DNA of 64,000 nucleotides, from NCBI GenBank assembly GCA_964035545.1, contig OZ037766.1, positions 4,206,722 through 4,270,721 of the forward strand. Reading direction: 5' to 3'. Under the pieces are notes generated by a model. That model saw only the letters and a list, made by a program, of their open reading frames with translations, ran no database searches and was not told the DNA's origin. Position numbers and translations under genes: made by a program. Below, one piece after another: positions 1 through 14,537 of this stretch (position 1 is its first letter; each line of letters starts with the position of its first letter). This DNA is from Bugula neritina. Taxonomy: Eukaryota > Animalia > Bryozoa.

Positions 1-306
1 TTGCTAATTATCATCAATTGCGTGAATGCGCTTTTGTCACCAAGTAATGACATTATACTAAGAAGAATAAAATATGCCTAGTTTGCTTTGAACTGACAGG
101 TATAAGAATATATAACCTTTTTTAGCATGCTTATAAAACATTTTATTAAAGTTTTTTTATTAAATTTACAGAAATTGATTTATGCAGATCTAGAATATGT
201 GAGAAAAGTCTGAGTTTCAGATGACTTGCCCTTGTCACAGTGCCTGCTTGTTCTGCAAGTAGCAAGTTGTTTAATGCAGTTCATCTTATTCTATTAACTC
301 TTTTAG

Positions 307-3300
307 TCACGTTGTAAATCTGACAAGCGATATGCTGAAAAAGCTCTGCTACCATAAGCTTGTTGTAAGAATTTGGGACACGCGAGACAAGTTTGGGCCA
401 AAGGCTAGATTTGATAGACCGAGAGCTTTCAAGTTTCCGCAACAAAAACCAGGTTCACTAGAGATAGAATAAAAACTAATGATTATTACCTGTACATTTT
501 ATTTTAGCAATAAACTCATGATTACCTAGAGTAATGAAGTTGCTGCATTCACACCAATGAAAACATGTTTATCTAAATTTGCATGCAGGTGAAGACTTGG
601 ATGATATCAGTGGTGTGAAGACGTTTATCTCAAGGATGTGCAAAGCTTACACAAGACGACTCCCAAAGAACTCATATGAGAGAGCATTGCCTCAGCCTGT
701 GGTCACGGAGAGCAAGTCTAAAGGTATGACAACTCCTTCGTCACCACGAGAGAAAATACTGTTATACTGTATTTGTACTTGTGCATTAATAATTACTAGG
801 AGTTATGTTTCCTTGCTTATATTGATGATGGATCTCATTACCTTCATTTATCTCAAAGATAATCATGCTACTGATTTTTAAAAACAAAATTATTTTTTGA
901 ACCTCAATTTACCTAATATTCAGGGACAAGTTACAGTTAACCAGTAAGACAAATTATCCGGACATCATTAGCAACGTTCCAATCTACAATATTATGTGGA
1001 GGATATGCATATTATGTTTCTTGCTATACATTTGTATTACCACCTTTCTTTCTCATCGTAGCTAAGCTAGCCGACTCTGAATTTACCCAGAATGCCGGGT
1101 TACCCGGAGTGGCAGCACATCCTGTGGAGTTCCGGGATGCTGACGAAGTTCCTTGCTTGCTTCTCGGACACCCGGATATGGAGTACAAGTGAGTCTTCTT
1201 TCCCTTTCTTAGCGCTACTACTACTACTACTACTGCTACTACTACTACTGCTACTACTACCGCTACTACTACTACTCTAATAATGACAGGGTTACTTAAC
1301 TTGATTTGACTAAGTTTTGGGGATCAGTTGTGATTGGTTCATAAGTAGTTAATTCTCTATTGCTTAGCAACATCAGGTATTATGTAGACCTTTGACGCAG
1401 TGATAAACTAGTATCTAAATTTTTCCTAGATGGCAGGTTTTTAATATGTAAATTTACAGTCTGTATTTAATTTTTATACATATTTATCAACTATAAGGAA
1501 AAGTGAAGATTTGTCTTGTAAATCTAGCTAATTTGTGTGAATTGTAATTATGTTTTCGATATATCACTGCTGGTACCAGTTTGTACTTTCTCTGCATGCT
1601 TGGTTTTTAACAAAAATATTAGATTTAAACTTATAAGCCTAATGCTATTTAGTTAGTTACTATTACTAAATTTTACTTTTTTCTCAAAAACATTATTCTA
1701 AAACTAAATTAGATTTTACTGTAATACTTTTTATAATGATTTCTATTTACAAGTAAAGAATAGGTGAGAGTAAATGACTGGTTTGATTGGCTACAATGGC
1801 TTGCAGGGGCAACTTAAGCTATTTGTATTTTAATCTTACAGAACTTATTCTAAGTTGGTTGAGTTGGCCAAGTTGGAGTCCCAGCACATAGGCAAAAGCT
1901 TACTGAGAAAGAACCTGCATGTAAACAGGAAGTCCCCGGATGGGGTGGCTGAACAGACAGATGAACGGAAGAAATCACCTACTAGTAGGCTTATTATGCA
2001 GACTATACTCTCTAACAGCTCTATATTTCTACGACAACTGGTTTAAATGGCAGTTGCCAGTTTAATTGGAATATACTCAGGCAGTGTTCAATCATACTAA
2101 CCATTTATAAAAAAGTTGTGTATTCTGTATTATTAGCTGTTTCAACAAAGTACACCACCATCACATAATTTATCTTGTATTTTATATAGCAATGTTATAA
2201 TGTGCATAACTGCTGTTGGTCTCATATGATTGATGCTTTGTAACAGCAGAGGACTTTTATAAACTGGCTTGTCAAGATTATTGAAAATTATATTCCTTTT
2301 TGAAAAGAAAATATGAAGTTACTGCCAAGATGTGGCATAAAATAATGAAATTTGGGTCTTAAGAAAGAATAAAAAAAGTTCTCTTTCCCTCAAAAAGCAT
2401 AAGTAATAGTTTATTAAACATTAGTAGCTTGTGTTATTAAAAATACTAAATGACTGTATTTAATTAAATATCATTGTTGTGGTGATATACTTATCACTAG
2501 ATGGTGATGGTGAGAGAGGTCCTGGGCAAAAGAGCACAACTCCCATTTCAAGAATGAAAAAGTTCCCTAGAGACAAGAAAGCCGAGCAGGTTGCTAAGGA
2601 AGCTGCTGAGTATGCCAAAAAACATGGCGTGTGCTCTATCCATGTGCCCGTAGGCCCCTTGTTTGTAGGTAGGTGAAAGGAATTAGTTTTGTTGAAAAGC
2701 ACTCGGTTTTTTATAACTGAAACTAAAACGATTCTAATTCTTTTCCATGTTTTAAAGTTAGAAGTTGCACACTTTTTTTAGCTTAGCATAAACTTTGTTA
2801 TTTTGCTTTTTATTGAGTTTAGTAACCATCAATTAAATATGCCTGTGAAACTTAATTTTCATCATATATATACAAGTTTTTTGTAAAATAAAGAAAGCAT
2901 TAATGCTTTCATTTGCTTTTAAAATGAACCCTTCAAAAATAAGTTCAGCCAATTGAGACATCAAAATATTCTGTCAAAGTTGTTTCCTAATTTAATTGCT
3001 TTACTCTATACATGCATACATACATTATTGGTATTTGTACGTGCGCAATAAAACGTAAACCGCGTATGGCTTCACTTTTAAATAGCTTTGCTTGCTTTAC
3101 TATTTAACACCATTAAATCTGTCAGGTGCCAATTAAATTGCTCATATTAAACCCTCTAATATTTGGCAATGATATTTCATCTGCTAGCAAAGGAAGAAGG
3201 TAATGTATAATACAATGATACATATTGTAACATTTCCAATACTAATCCACTCCTCTATCTCTCTATTGAGTATGCTTCACTCTAGCTTAGCATGCTTATA

Positions 3301-6300
3301 CCAGATTATTTCAAGGTGCAGATCCATTTCTCATGAGGTGTTGTAATAAACTTGGGCTTATTTTAGAATACTTTTAGTGGAATAGTTTAATGAATGACTG
3401 GGGGGGGGGGGGTAGCATTTCATGTGATGTATTACCAATAATTTATAACTAATACTTATTTTCCAATTACAATCTGACATGTATAAAATTCGGTTAATTT
3501 TTTGTTTTATTGTTAGTAATATACATAGCTTTCAGTGTTTAGGGTCATTTGTCATATAGCCTTTTGGTATTATTATAAAGCCTAGGGTTTGCACTTTGCT
3601 GAAATTAGTAAACGTGGGTTTTTAAACTGTAACATATTTTCTCAAATACGGCAATACAAAAATGTCTGAAAATGTTAACAATAGTAAGAACTTCATTGAT
3701 CTAATTTAAGACATTCTTGGGTTACCTTTATCCTTGTACATAACAAGGTTTAATTTTTCTAATTTACATTTCTTAAAGTTTAGTTTTAAGCTTTTTAATG
3801 ATACAAGAAAGTGCCTAATGACAGAATACAAAATTAGTTTTTATAGCTCAGCAAGCTGAACCAAATAGTTTACTTTATGTTGTTTATTAGTATAATTTTA
3901 AAGTATTATTATCTCGAGCTTTACCTTCTGTGTTCTCCACCTTCTCTCATCCCAGCTTATACCTCTTCAGTTTTTGCAACTGTAACCCAGTCATTCCTGC
4001 CACTTTAACTTATCGATTTTGAGAATTGATAATAAAATAATTCAAAAAAAATAAACTATTGTTTAGCTATTTTGAAATTAGCATTGTTTTTAGTGTTTTC
4101 CAGCAACAAAAAAATTACAATTTAATCTTGCTGCTCTCATGAAATATTTTATTTTTAATTTTGTTAGAAAAGAGATTCAACTATTATGTTAGAAATTTTT
4201 ATGCAATACCTCATTGCAACTGTTGTTCACTATTTAGGGCAAAGGATGTGTATAAAGCGTTTGAACACACCAGTCAATTCTGTGTTAGATGCCTTCGTGT
4301 CGGTATCAATCGACAGAGATTTGCTGACTCCCTCGCTCACCAAAGAGCTTAACCCGATGTCCATCAACATCAAGTCAGTGAAGAATCTTCCGGATGATCC
4401 TGTAGACTACCAGGAACTGAGAACAAAGTGAGTCATTGTGTTACTGGTTGATAACCTTTTCATGTCTAAGGTTTTTGTATGTCATTAGAAAGCTTTAGTC
4501 CCAATAACTTTGCTGAAGTAACGATGTTCAGACTATGAAACGTATTTATGGTGAAGCAGGGTGGTATTGTCTAATGCAGGAGTTATGTTGTGTATGGTTA
4601 TGTTCCAGGTGTCACCCCTGTTCACTTTCCTACCAGTTCTTCAAGCATGAAGTTTATCAGACAAAAGGGAAACCTCAAGCTAAAAATTTGCATTGGGATG
4701 ACCAAAATGTGGTAAATAGCTTTTTCATTTTACATACCAGGTTTTTTGGTAACTCACCTTATAACTCAGAACAAATTTAATCATTTGTTATTGTGTGCTT
4801 TTATATTTTTATACTTGATAAGGCTTTAATTCAGTTAGGTTAGCTCCTGTGGAAAGCCAATTAAACTTCCTATTTTATTCGAAAGTAATTTATCTACAAG
4901 TTTCCATTAAGACTGTTATGACACAGCTACATGTACATAATGTCAAAGTGCTGTAAGCAGTTGCCCTATGAATGTATATATAGTACAACACACTCTGTTA
5001 GTTGTTAGTGACACCCTTTGCAGGTGCTACTTGGCACTATTCCAAGATCGGAGTTGGTGAACTACCTCTTGGGACCTCCCATGGAGATTGAGTTGCACGA
5101 TAGGGACAAGCTTCCAAATAATTCACAGCTCCAGCCTGCTCTGTTTGGTCAAGATGGAGAGGATGAAAAAATCAACAATGTTGGATATATTTCTAGTGAG
5201 TAAAATATGATTTTGTCTTAAAATAACTTACTCCAGAAGCAATAAGAAAAGTAACATGAATATTATCTGTAATATAGTAATATAGTAATAATGTGTATAT
5301 AATCAATATTTTAATAGAAGGCTAAACACTGTGAAGATGAGGTAGGCGCAGTAATGCAAAAATTGAGAAAAGCCTGTGTTCTAGATTAGAAATTTAACAA
5401 AAGAAGTTATGTTCTCGAAAAACTAAACCTCAAACCAAAGTTTAATAAATACATTTAAAGAACTTAGACTATCTCAATTTCTCCACTACTACAACTAAAT
5501 GGTATATGATATTATTAGCCTATTTGTAAATATATTTGTTGTATTTTCTGTTCACCCATATGTTTTGAAGTGCATGGGAAAAACTGCTGAATGCTTTACT
5601 GTAATACGTGAACATTATGCATCATATTTTATAGCATGCAGTACAATGAATATTATTGTGATTTTCCGGAATTGTTCAAAATTTGTGAGTTCACTCAATG
5701 TTATCTGTCTTGACAACTCTGTGCTATGTTTTATTGTCTTCCCTTGGTTGAACTAAAACCACGCTGTTTTGCAGGGAGACGTACTCAGTACAATGCTTTG
5801 AAAAATCGGCCGTCGTCATGGGACCCCTATGGCGTTGCTAAGGTAAACATGTCTGAGTTTATGTTAGGACAGAAGGTGCTCAATCTACAGATACCAGTAC
5901 ACAGCTGTACTATACCAGACATACTTGGCAGGGAGACTGAAGCTGGCCGGATAAGGGTAACTGTTGGTCTTCACTTCGTTTTAACTTATAATTCTAATCA
6001 TAAAATTAATTTATTATTGTTTTTACTTGAAGTATTGAGAGAATAATGCTTTGCAGTAAACTTTTTCTTCATAATAATAGAGATCTTTTCTTCTTTAAAA
6101 ATGTAACTAAACTGCAGCCATATGTTAAACATTGACATTTTCAACTCTGATGATAGTCGGTTTTGTGATGATGGATATGGGGGGGGGGCACTATAAATAT
6201 ATAATATGTGAGGTGCATACATGTGCCATGCTTTTCTGCAGCTTATGCTTAGGAGCTGAGGTTTTGGCAGAAGTTGTCTTCCTTCTGCAGAAGTTATTAT

Positions 6301-9300
6301 TGCACTGTTTATAGTTTATAGTGTAAATGGTATAACCCACCTTCTTCTACTGGTTAGATTAACGCTATCTTCATACCACTTTATAATATTAGTTGCTATG
6401 CTATGGCAGGTAATGGGTCTACCAGGGAGTGTAGACGGACCTTCTGAACCCCCCATGACTCCAGGAGCGTACATGGACTCCCACACTATGATTAAAGTTA
6501 GACTAGAGTTGGCTGTGCCCCTGATCACCCCCCAGGAAGTTGCAGCTAAACCCCACATACCCATCACTCAGGAGGTAAAGCTTACTTAGCTAGTTTATAG
6601 TCTCTCGTGTGACACAGTGTTTGTGATCAGTCTATTATATGTTTGTTTAGCAGTGTATTGTGGCTATTTATTTAATTTTCTTTGCATTTTTATTCATAAA
6701 TAATAAGAGTTGATACAGATGCCTTTCTAGAATGCATTATATCCTTTCTTGTGTTGTCACAGAACATAGTGAGCCATCAAAAATTGAGTGTTTACTTTGA
6801 TTGTTGATATTATGCAATTGTGTATATCTTGCATAAAATTGCAGGAGAGTTATTATTGAAGATTTTTTTCTGAAGTGATTATCTAGCACGTGACACAATT
6901 ATTGTACTTTTGTAAGGCATATTTAGTGAGGTTTGGCAGGAAATTTAGACAAACCTTCCTTAGCACTACTTTAAAATGTTTAAGCCATATATCTTGCGGC
7001 AAAAGGAGTGTTCATAGCCAAAAAAACAAACACCAAGCTATTTTAGAGATGTGCTTTTGTCTAAAAACCTGTAAGGCTAATTCATGTAGGTGACCATAAT
7101 TTTTCTAACTGGTGTTTTTGCTGATTGATTTTTTTAGTGCCCATTTGGACGAATAGTGTACGTTCTGGACCAACGCAATAGACTAATTGCCAAAAATCTC
7201 TTGAGTCTTGTATCAAAGATCAACGCTAAGAGCTTAGGACTGGACAATCTTTCTGCAGTAGTCCTGGATGCAGCCCTTTCCACTTACAAACTCACCATGT
7301 AAGTTACAGCTCAACTCTTTACCTGCCGTATGCTACATGCTGCTGTGAGAGTGTGTGAGTACAGCTAGTAGAATGGTAGCTGCTTATATTGATGCCTAAC
7401 CTCTGTCAAACTTTATGGAAACAGTTTAAAATAAAAAGATTTTATTAATAATCTGTATATTGTAAGAAGTTCTCTCAACTCGTACATAAAGAGTTTTGAC
7501 GCTTTAAAGCAAATATTTTGCTTACAAAAAAATTATTTTGTACATAATTTGCAATTTTAGCAATTGTATTTTTAGCTTTCATTTATTTTATGACAATTTC
7601 TTTTACAGTTATGGTCTCTTATCTCTAATTTTACAAATTCTCTATAAGATATTTAACAATCATAGCATGAACTGACTCCTGAGAAAAGCTTGGATTTTCA
7701 ACTCCCAATAGTTTTATTTGCATGGGCTGTTTATCTTAATATTATTAATTAACATTAAAAATGTTAATTATTAATTTTAATTATTAATGTTAATATTATT
7801 AATATTATTAATTATAATAATTAATATTAGCTTAGGTAATGGATAAGCTATCAGATGTGCATACATGTGTATATATTTTAGTGAACAGCAGAAGAGAAAA
7901 GATTTGGACATTGTAACCGGTTTCCAGCTGCTGGATGGTAAAAATCATGTCTTTGTTCTGGAAGGTTTGAAAGATGGGGGAATACAGAAAATTTGGGATT
8001 CCATCAGCAAACCTAAAGAAGGTTTGATTTACAGAGTTACTGAGGATTATCTTAGAATACGATTGAGTTAAATATAGATTAGCGTATAAAGCAGTTATCA
8101 TATACTTTTTTGAACTTTACACTTTCAAGCCAGCTCAGTAACTAACCTGTGTGTTGTAGCAGCTAAAAATAGCATGCAATGAAACTCGGCAGTAATTAGT
8201 ATAAGTTTTATAATACAACAAACTCCAGAGCCTAACGAAAGTGACATCAGTATGAACGACACAAAACTTATTATAAAATAAAGTTGTTTGGGCATACAAC
8301 CCTTAAACAGTATGTAGATAATAGCTATTTTAATACTGCATACCTGAAGTGTGTCAGGGATTCTTATATAGGTTTGATATTATAAACAATTGATCAAATT
8401 TTAGTAATTTAAGGAAATCTTGGCTTTTTATAGGTGTAAAGGTGTTGTATAATTCTGATCTATCTTGTGGACACAGACTATACGGAGCTCTAGACGTAGA
8501 CTTGACTAGAGTCAAGCTCCATGAGCCTTTAGAGCTCATTGTGCAGCAGCCATTGTTATTTGTGAGAGACATGGTACCCAGAAGCTGTTTTCTAGCTCTT
8601 ACTAAGTTAGACCAGGTGAATATCGTTTTTTGCACCTCAATGAATGGTGGCATTTTATTGTATCCTATGCCTGTGCTAAAAGTAGAAAATTTCTCATTTT
8701 TTTTGATAAAACAATTTTATTCTAGTTGCTTTCTTGTTCTAAACACAAGCAGTTATTTGTTTTGTTTTAGCAAAATTCTATGAGAATCATGAAGATCAAC
8801 TGCAAGTTTAGGCTTACACTGTTATAGTTTGTATTTGCTATGTACATTTCCATTTAAACACCACTTGAAAAGTGTTACTGTATTGTGCTGTGGCATACTC
8901 TATGATTAGTTTCTAAAGAACCTTCTCATTATATAAACATCTGTGTTTATATTGAGTAGCTGGTGAACTGCACTAACTTGAAGGCTGCTGGTCGAAACGA
9001 TCTCTTTCCTACATCTGATGAAGTTATATCAATGAGCAGAGAGTTCGGTGTTCCTCTCACTGCTGAAGACATCATTGCTGGTGGGTTCTTGGTTTTACTT
9101 TACGCTTGCTGACACCATTGTGATACCTTGCTGACACCATTGTGACAACTTGCTGAAACCTTATTGACACCATTGTGCCACCTTACTGACACTTTACTAA
9201 TACTATTGTGATACCTTGCTGACACCATTGTGCCACCTTGCTGACACTTTATTAATACTATTGTGATACCTTGCTGACACCATTGTTCCACCTTGCTGAC

Positions 9301-12300
9301 TCTTTACTAATACTATTGTGATACCTTGCTGACACCATTGTTCCACCTTGCTGACTCTTTACTAATACTATTGTGATACCTTGCTGATACCATTGTTCCA
9401 CCTTGCTGACACTTTAATAATACTATTGTGATACCTTGCTGACACCATTACCCTATCTTGTCTGTTGAGAATTTGTTCCTACTTAGAACATTCTTTGCTG
9501 GTAGAAATTTTCATTTTAATGGGTTGCAATGCTGGTCATCACAAGTTAGTTTAAAATGATGCAATTATTTTGTAAATGTGGTTAGCTTCTGTTATGTTAT
9601 ACTTTATATGGTTGACTCTGTGGTTGTCAGTGTTGACTCTGTGGTTGACGATGTTGACAGATGAGGAGAAGATGGCGGTGCACGATGCAATGGGTGGTGA
9701 GAGTAAGAAGGCTAAGAGTGCCATACCCATCAATGCCACGTCCCGAGTGTCCAGAAGCAGAATGCAGCTCAAGGAGCCGCTGGACATGTCTAATGCAAGG
9801 TACCTCATGGAGCTAAAGAGCCGGCAACTGACAGCTGAGGGTATTGACTATCTTGCTGACAATATTGTAAGTCATGACCTTTATTACGCTTACTTATCAA
9901 TCCGTGTATGAACAGATTGCTTTTTGACATTTGAGGATGATAATTCTTCAGTTTGTATCTGTTCCAACATGCATAAAAAATTTTGAATTTGTGTAATCAA
10001 CATTTGCTGATGAAATGAAGAAAAATTATTTTGCTGCCTAATTTTCAGACAGTTGTTTTTAGCCAACAAGATTTAACTTGCTATGAACTCACGCAAAAAA
10101 ACTCACACAAGTTTATAGTCGCTATCCCTGTGAGAAACCCCTGATGGAAGGGGTTTTTGTTAAAGCAGGCTAAGGACTTGTTTTAATGAGGCACTGGAGC
10201 AATTATGATTGAATGCTCTTCCTAACATCACCAATGGCCTTTGTCTGGGCTCGAACCCATGACCTCGTGTTTACTAGGCAAACGCTCTAACCCTAGACCA
10301 CGGCTGCTCCCTTGCTATAGACTAAAGCTTAAATGTGTTTTTTAATTATCTTAGCTGATTTATCTAATGTTTTGATGTGGTAAGATAATAGAGTTATCCA
10401 CTTTTTGTTAATAGAAGCTTCTCAAACAAAAAGTAAATGTATTCAACATTAAAGCTGTCATCCAGCTTTGCTACCTCTATATATCTGGTCTGTAGAGAAC
10501 ATAACTCCAAAGTAGTAATACATCTGGTTTGCTTTTCACAGAGAACTGTGATGTTGGAGTCGCGCCAAAACAAGTTACGTAAGCACTACCATCCAGTTCA
10601 GCACAGTGCACAGAGAGTGGCTCAGAATTACAGCACCTCTACTTTTAACTCCACAGAACTGGCTAAAGACATCATCAGGCAAAATATGGACAAGGTATTA
10701 CCAAACAATCTTGTTTATATCAGACTTCTATATATACGTATACTGTCTACCAACATATTGCTATTTACTGATATATATATATATGTATGCTATACACTAG
10801 TTTAACATCAATGCAAACAATCCTTTTAGAAATATTTTTGAAAGCCAATTTCGATTGTTTCTTCGATTTAAAAACGTACTGGGTAAAGTTTTACAATGAG
10901 ATCTTGAAGCTTACACACTTTTTAAAATTCGAAAATACAGTAATAGACACTGGAATTAAGAGAACATCATTTTTTTATATAATTACTGTAGTGAAGGTGT
11001 AGTTTTTAGACACATTCCAGCGGGTATATTTGAATGAAGTAAAGATTAAATTTTTTAAAGCTGATTTCTTCAACTTGGTTGTTCTTATATTATGGCAGGA
11101 CACGCTTTATACTTACAATGAAAATTACCATCACTCCGCCACATTTGTTCCTGTCAATGTGGAGGAACTAAAGAAACGAGAAAAATTGGCTCACCAGAGC
11201 AAGTTTGTTTCGAAAAAAGATTGGACTTTCCCAGAAGTTAAGAATTTAAAGCAGTGCAATGAACATCCTAAGAAACCAGATGCTACAAGAATATGTGACT
11301 TGAAGCAGGTTTGTCCTTGACCTGTATCAGGTTTGTCCTTGACCTGTATCAGGTTTGTCCTTGACCTGTATCAGCTTCTGCAACCCTCATAGTAATATTA
11401 TGTTATGGTTTAGCATTATACAACTTTGTGGTTGAAATATTTTCATTTAATGAATTTGAAGCTGTAGCTATAAGTGCATATTTAAATATTACACTTGAAG
11501 TAAAGTTAACTTTAAATTATGTTGTACAGATAATTAATGTACATTAAATAGTTGTGTTAGCATGAGAGACTTAGCAATACAAATATTTGCACTTACTGTA
11601 TAAAAGCATCATGGTTAATGTATGAGAAACTAACAGAAAGAGAAACCTTATATTTTATCTTCGCTAGGAGTGGATTGAAAACCTTGATCACAGGAACAAG
11701 TTGAATCCGACCCTGGAGGAACGAGATATATACTCATGGCGGGACAGGAAGCTGGATATGAACACTTGGGAGTATCCGGCTAAGCACTTCGAGCCTCTTT
11801 CTGAACCACCCATCAGCATCATGCTTCCCGGGAAAAAACTTCAGGTCTGTATTCACCTTGACCTTAGTAAGTTTTTCAATAGGCAAAACTATTTCTTTTA
11901 TGAATAAATCAACATCTTTCTGTATAACAGTTGTGTTTTATAACTCAGTATGGTGACTGTCATTGATCAGGAGCTCGTTTTTAAAACACAACTTCTTAGA
12001 GATGGTAAAGAATCAATTAGCTAACACTTATAGTCTGAGAAAATACGGAACTCAACTCTGATCTTTTTATATGAAAGCTTCAAATCAATAACTTATTGTA
12101 TTTTCTTCATCTTCTAAGCAGTTATTCAGATTTCCTACTTTACAGAAAGAACTGGATGAATCTGATCAGTTAGAGAAAGAACTGTGGCAAAGACGTCTCA
12201 TAGTGGAAGACCCCTCAATGCACTTTTACAGATGCAATCCTCAAACTGAGGCTATTATGCAAGGACCTAAAGCTAGCAATCAACTCTCCAAACTAGAAAA

Positions 12301-14537
12301 CTTGTTAAGAGATCCACCTAAAAAACACGCATTCGCTGCTCCCATCATGAAAACAGGTTAATTTATACATAGATGTGTGTGCGTGCGTGCGTGCGCGCGC
12401 GCGTGCGTGTGCTGGGGCGGGGGCGGGGGCGGGGGTGGGGGTGGTGTGAGTTGATGCATGTGTCTAGAAATTCAATTTTTCTACTAAAATTGATCATCAA
12501 TTGTTTCACTGGGGTTTAAAAAGTTGTGACGTTTTACGTTAAGCCAAAAATGCTGTTCGTAATGAATCATTCTTCAATAATGCCAAGTTATCTCCCCTGT
12601 CAACATGCAACATAATTGCATTTCAACTTATGCAGTATCTATAGAATTGATTTAAACTAAAATTGAGTTATCATGCTGCCATTTCTTCAATTCAAGATAA
12701 TCAGTTGTAAATGACTTAACACCAAGCTGATAATAGATCTCAGTGTGAGTTGTATTTCCATTATACCCTTAGTTCTAGTTCCACCTATATGTATCTTTAT
12801 TATGGGACGCAGATATTCCCCCGTTGCGAGTGGTTCATTACCCGAGTGTGGATACTAAGGCTAGAGCTGCGGGCACTGATGTTGCGAGTCTAACGGCTGA
12901 GATGAACAGGCAGACAGTGAAGCCATCGGGGTTCAAACCGGGTCCCTTTGAGACTCGCAGCTGGACTTTAGAGTCAAACTACGTGCCGGCTATTAACTAT
13001 GAGCATACAGACAAAGGCTTCTTCAAGTAGGTTTCTAAAAACTTACAACTTATAAAGTATAAACTATGAAATATATTCATATTACATTTGAAATGTTCTG
13101 CAACTTAGAATGTATGCGCTTTATAGACATGATAGTAGTTTTTAAAACATTTTTGAGGGAAAAGTTTTTGAATATAAATTAGCAACTTTTGTTAAACACT
13201 TATTTAGTGAAGCAATACAATTGTATCTGTGCTCCATAAGCAATTATAATACTTGTCGAAGCTTTTTTAACTTTGGTTTATACTTGAAGATTTCAAACTT
13301 TTTATTAGGTAAATTTTTTTGGTGATGATTGTATAACACAAACATTATTAATGTATATAAAATATTATGGTAATTTTATTTCCCAACCATATATGCTCAT
13401 TATCCAGGTCTTTAGAATTGTGAGTTTGACAAAGAAAACAGCTCGTAACTTTTTTGAAGTGTTTTATTAGTTGTCCTTTAGCCCAACAGTCATTAGATAT
13501 TTTTCTCATGTTAACTGGTTAAATGTTCTCTTAAACACTCTCTAAAATAGTAGTTGAAATGTGCTCTAGTAGCACACACATTCTATAAATATATCCACTT
13601 CCAAATTTTCAAGTGGATAAACACTAGGCTTAGTTATTTTGAATATTTTTTGTACCTAATATTCTGTTTCAATCCTGCAGGTCAAAATTTAAACCATTTC
13701 GGTAGGTAATTTTTCCAATCAAGTTGAGCTGGATTAGGAATATTCTTCTTAGTGTTTAGATGTTCTTCCATGCGTTGTGATACTGCTTAGACGTGTTAAA
13801 TATGCTACATTTTTAGTTTGCATAAACCTTTTCTTTTAATTTTTTTTCATTTTCTCTTCTAAGCCTTTTCATACAAACCTTTACCCCTTCTATTGTATTC
13901 CCTATGCATTATAGCTTATCATAGCAGGACTAATAGAGAGGCTTTTTATTCTTTTATCATTGAATTAGTTTATTGGAAATTTTGAGGATAAATAATACTC
14001 AGAAAGAAGGTCATAATAACCTTGTTTATCTGCATATTAAGGCCTTTTAATTTACATGGAGCTTCTCATTATTTTTTTCTATCATGAGCTCAAATTGATT
14101 GGGTTTTGAGAGTTATCTTATTAATGATGACCAGGTTATTAACTCAGTCATCAACTGGGTTTATCATTATTCAAAAGGAGTTTTGACAATTTTTTTCACT
14201 TGAGTTTTTGAAATCTTGTTTTACTTTTTGTTGTAAAGCCTTTACGAAAGTATTATATACAAAATTTTATTGTTGAATTGATAACTGACTTTGTTAATCC
14301 TTTTAGTATGCATGTATGCAGCTAGGAGAAGATAACTCTGGTATGTATAAACTGTCTTTGTGCTGTTTTAGTCTGTACCACAACCATGAACACTCTAAGC
14401 CAACCAGCAGAAGGCAAATCATTCCTCTCACTGAAACAGAATACCGATCTACATATCTATTCGCTGACCCTGAAGAAGCTGACGCCGGCCGGCAGCGACA
14501 TATGATAAGACAGGTTTCTCAGCCAATGTCAGGGTGA
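307..14537 (+). CDS. CFAP92: CFAP92/KIAA1257 (FLJ43738)-like protein, 5'-partial, about 22 exons (approx. 307-452, 589-723, 1062-1188, 1842-1984, 2501-2668, 4238-4427, 4609-4711, 5024-5196, 5775-5956, 6410-6574, 7138-7278, 7882-8021, 8433-8615, ~8960-9080, 9661-9866, 10542-10694, 11099-11308, 11668-11844, 12146-12356, 12813-13026, 14372-14537)
   Basis: GT-AG exons join in frame. Peptides VVRIWDTRDKFGPKARFDRPRAFKFP, ELNPMSINIKSVKNLP, VLLGTIPRSELVNYLLGPPMEIELHDRD, WDPYGVAKVNMSEFMLGQ, CPFGRIVYV, DLDIVTGFQLLDGKNHVFVLEGL and LYNSDLSCGHRLY match my recollection of the CFAP92/KIAA1257 family. Stop TGA at 14535-14537. Confidence 0.8.
1214..1278 (+). repeat. (CTA)n microsatellite, imperfect, intronic
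   Basis: About 21 CTA/CTG triplets; source of the poly-Leu ORF 1092-1280. Confidence 0.95.
5339..5485 (+). repeat. Interspersed repeat fragment (family also at ~18454-18533 and 60931-61078)
   Basis: GAGGTAGG..AAAAGCCTGTGTTCTAGA..AGAAAT..AAAGAACTTAGA is shared with 60931-61078, with a weaker copy at ~18454. Confidence 0.7.
9104..9450 (+). repeat. Minisatellite: 11-bp monomers organised as 22+33 = ~55-bp higher-order units
   Basis: Recurring tgataccttgctgacaccattg alternates with t(g/t)ccaccttgctgac(a/t)ctttactaatactattg. Confidence 0.9.
10085..10311 (-). mobile_element. tRNA-Thr(AGT)-derived SINE, copy 1
   Basis: Reverse complement GGGAGCAGCCGTGGTCTAGGGTTAGAGCGTTTGCCTAGTAAACACGAGGTCATGGGTTCGAGCCC has an A box, a CTAGTAA anticodon loop and a B box. 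It is followed by a ~150-bp body shared with 33978-34185. Confidence 0.85.
11309..11374 (+). repeat. 3 x 22-bp perfect tandem repeat beginning at a splice donor
   Basis: (GTTTGTCCTTGACCTGTATCAG)x3 directly after exon 11099-11308. Confidence 0.95.
12374..12446 (+). repeat. (GT)/(GCGT) repeat followed by a (GGGGGC/T)n G-run
   Basis: gtgtgtgcgtgcgtgcgtgcgcgcgcgcgtgcgtgtg then ggggcgggggcgggggcgggggtgggggtgg. Confidence 0.9.

Noticed and set aside
9104-9450. Possible CRISPR-like array (also 59202-59436)
   Set aside because: The intervening sequences are themselves repeats, not unique spacers; intronic eukaryotic context with no cas genes.
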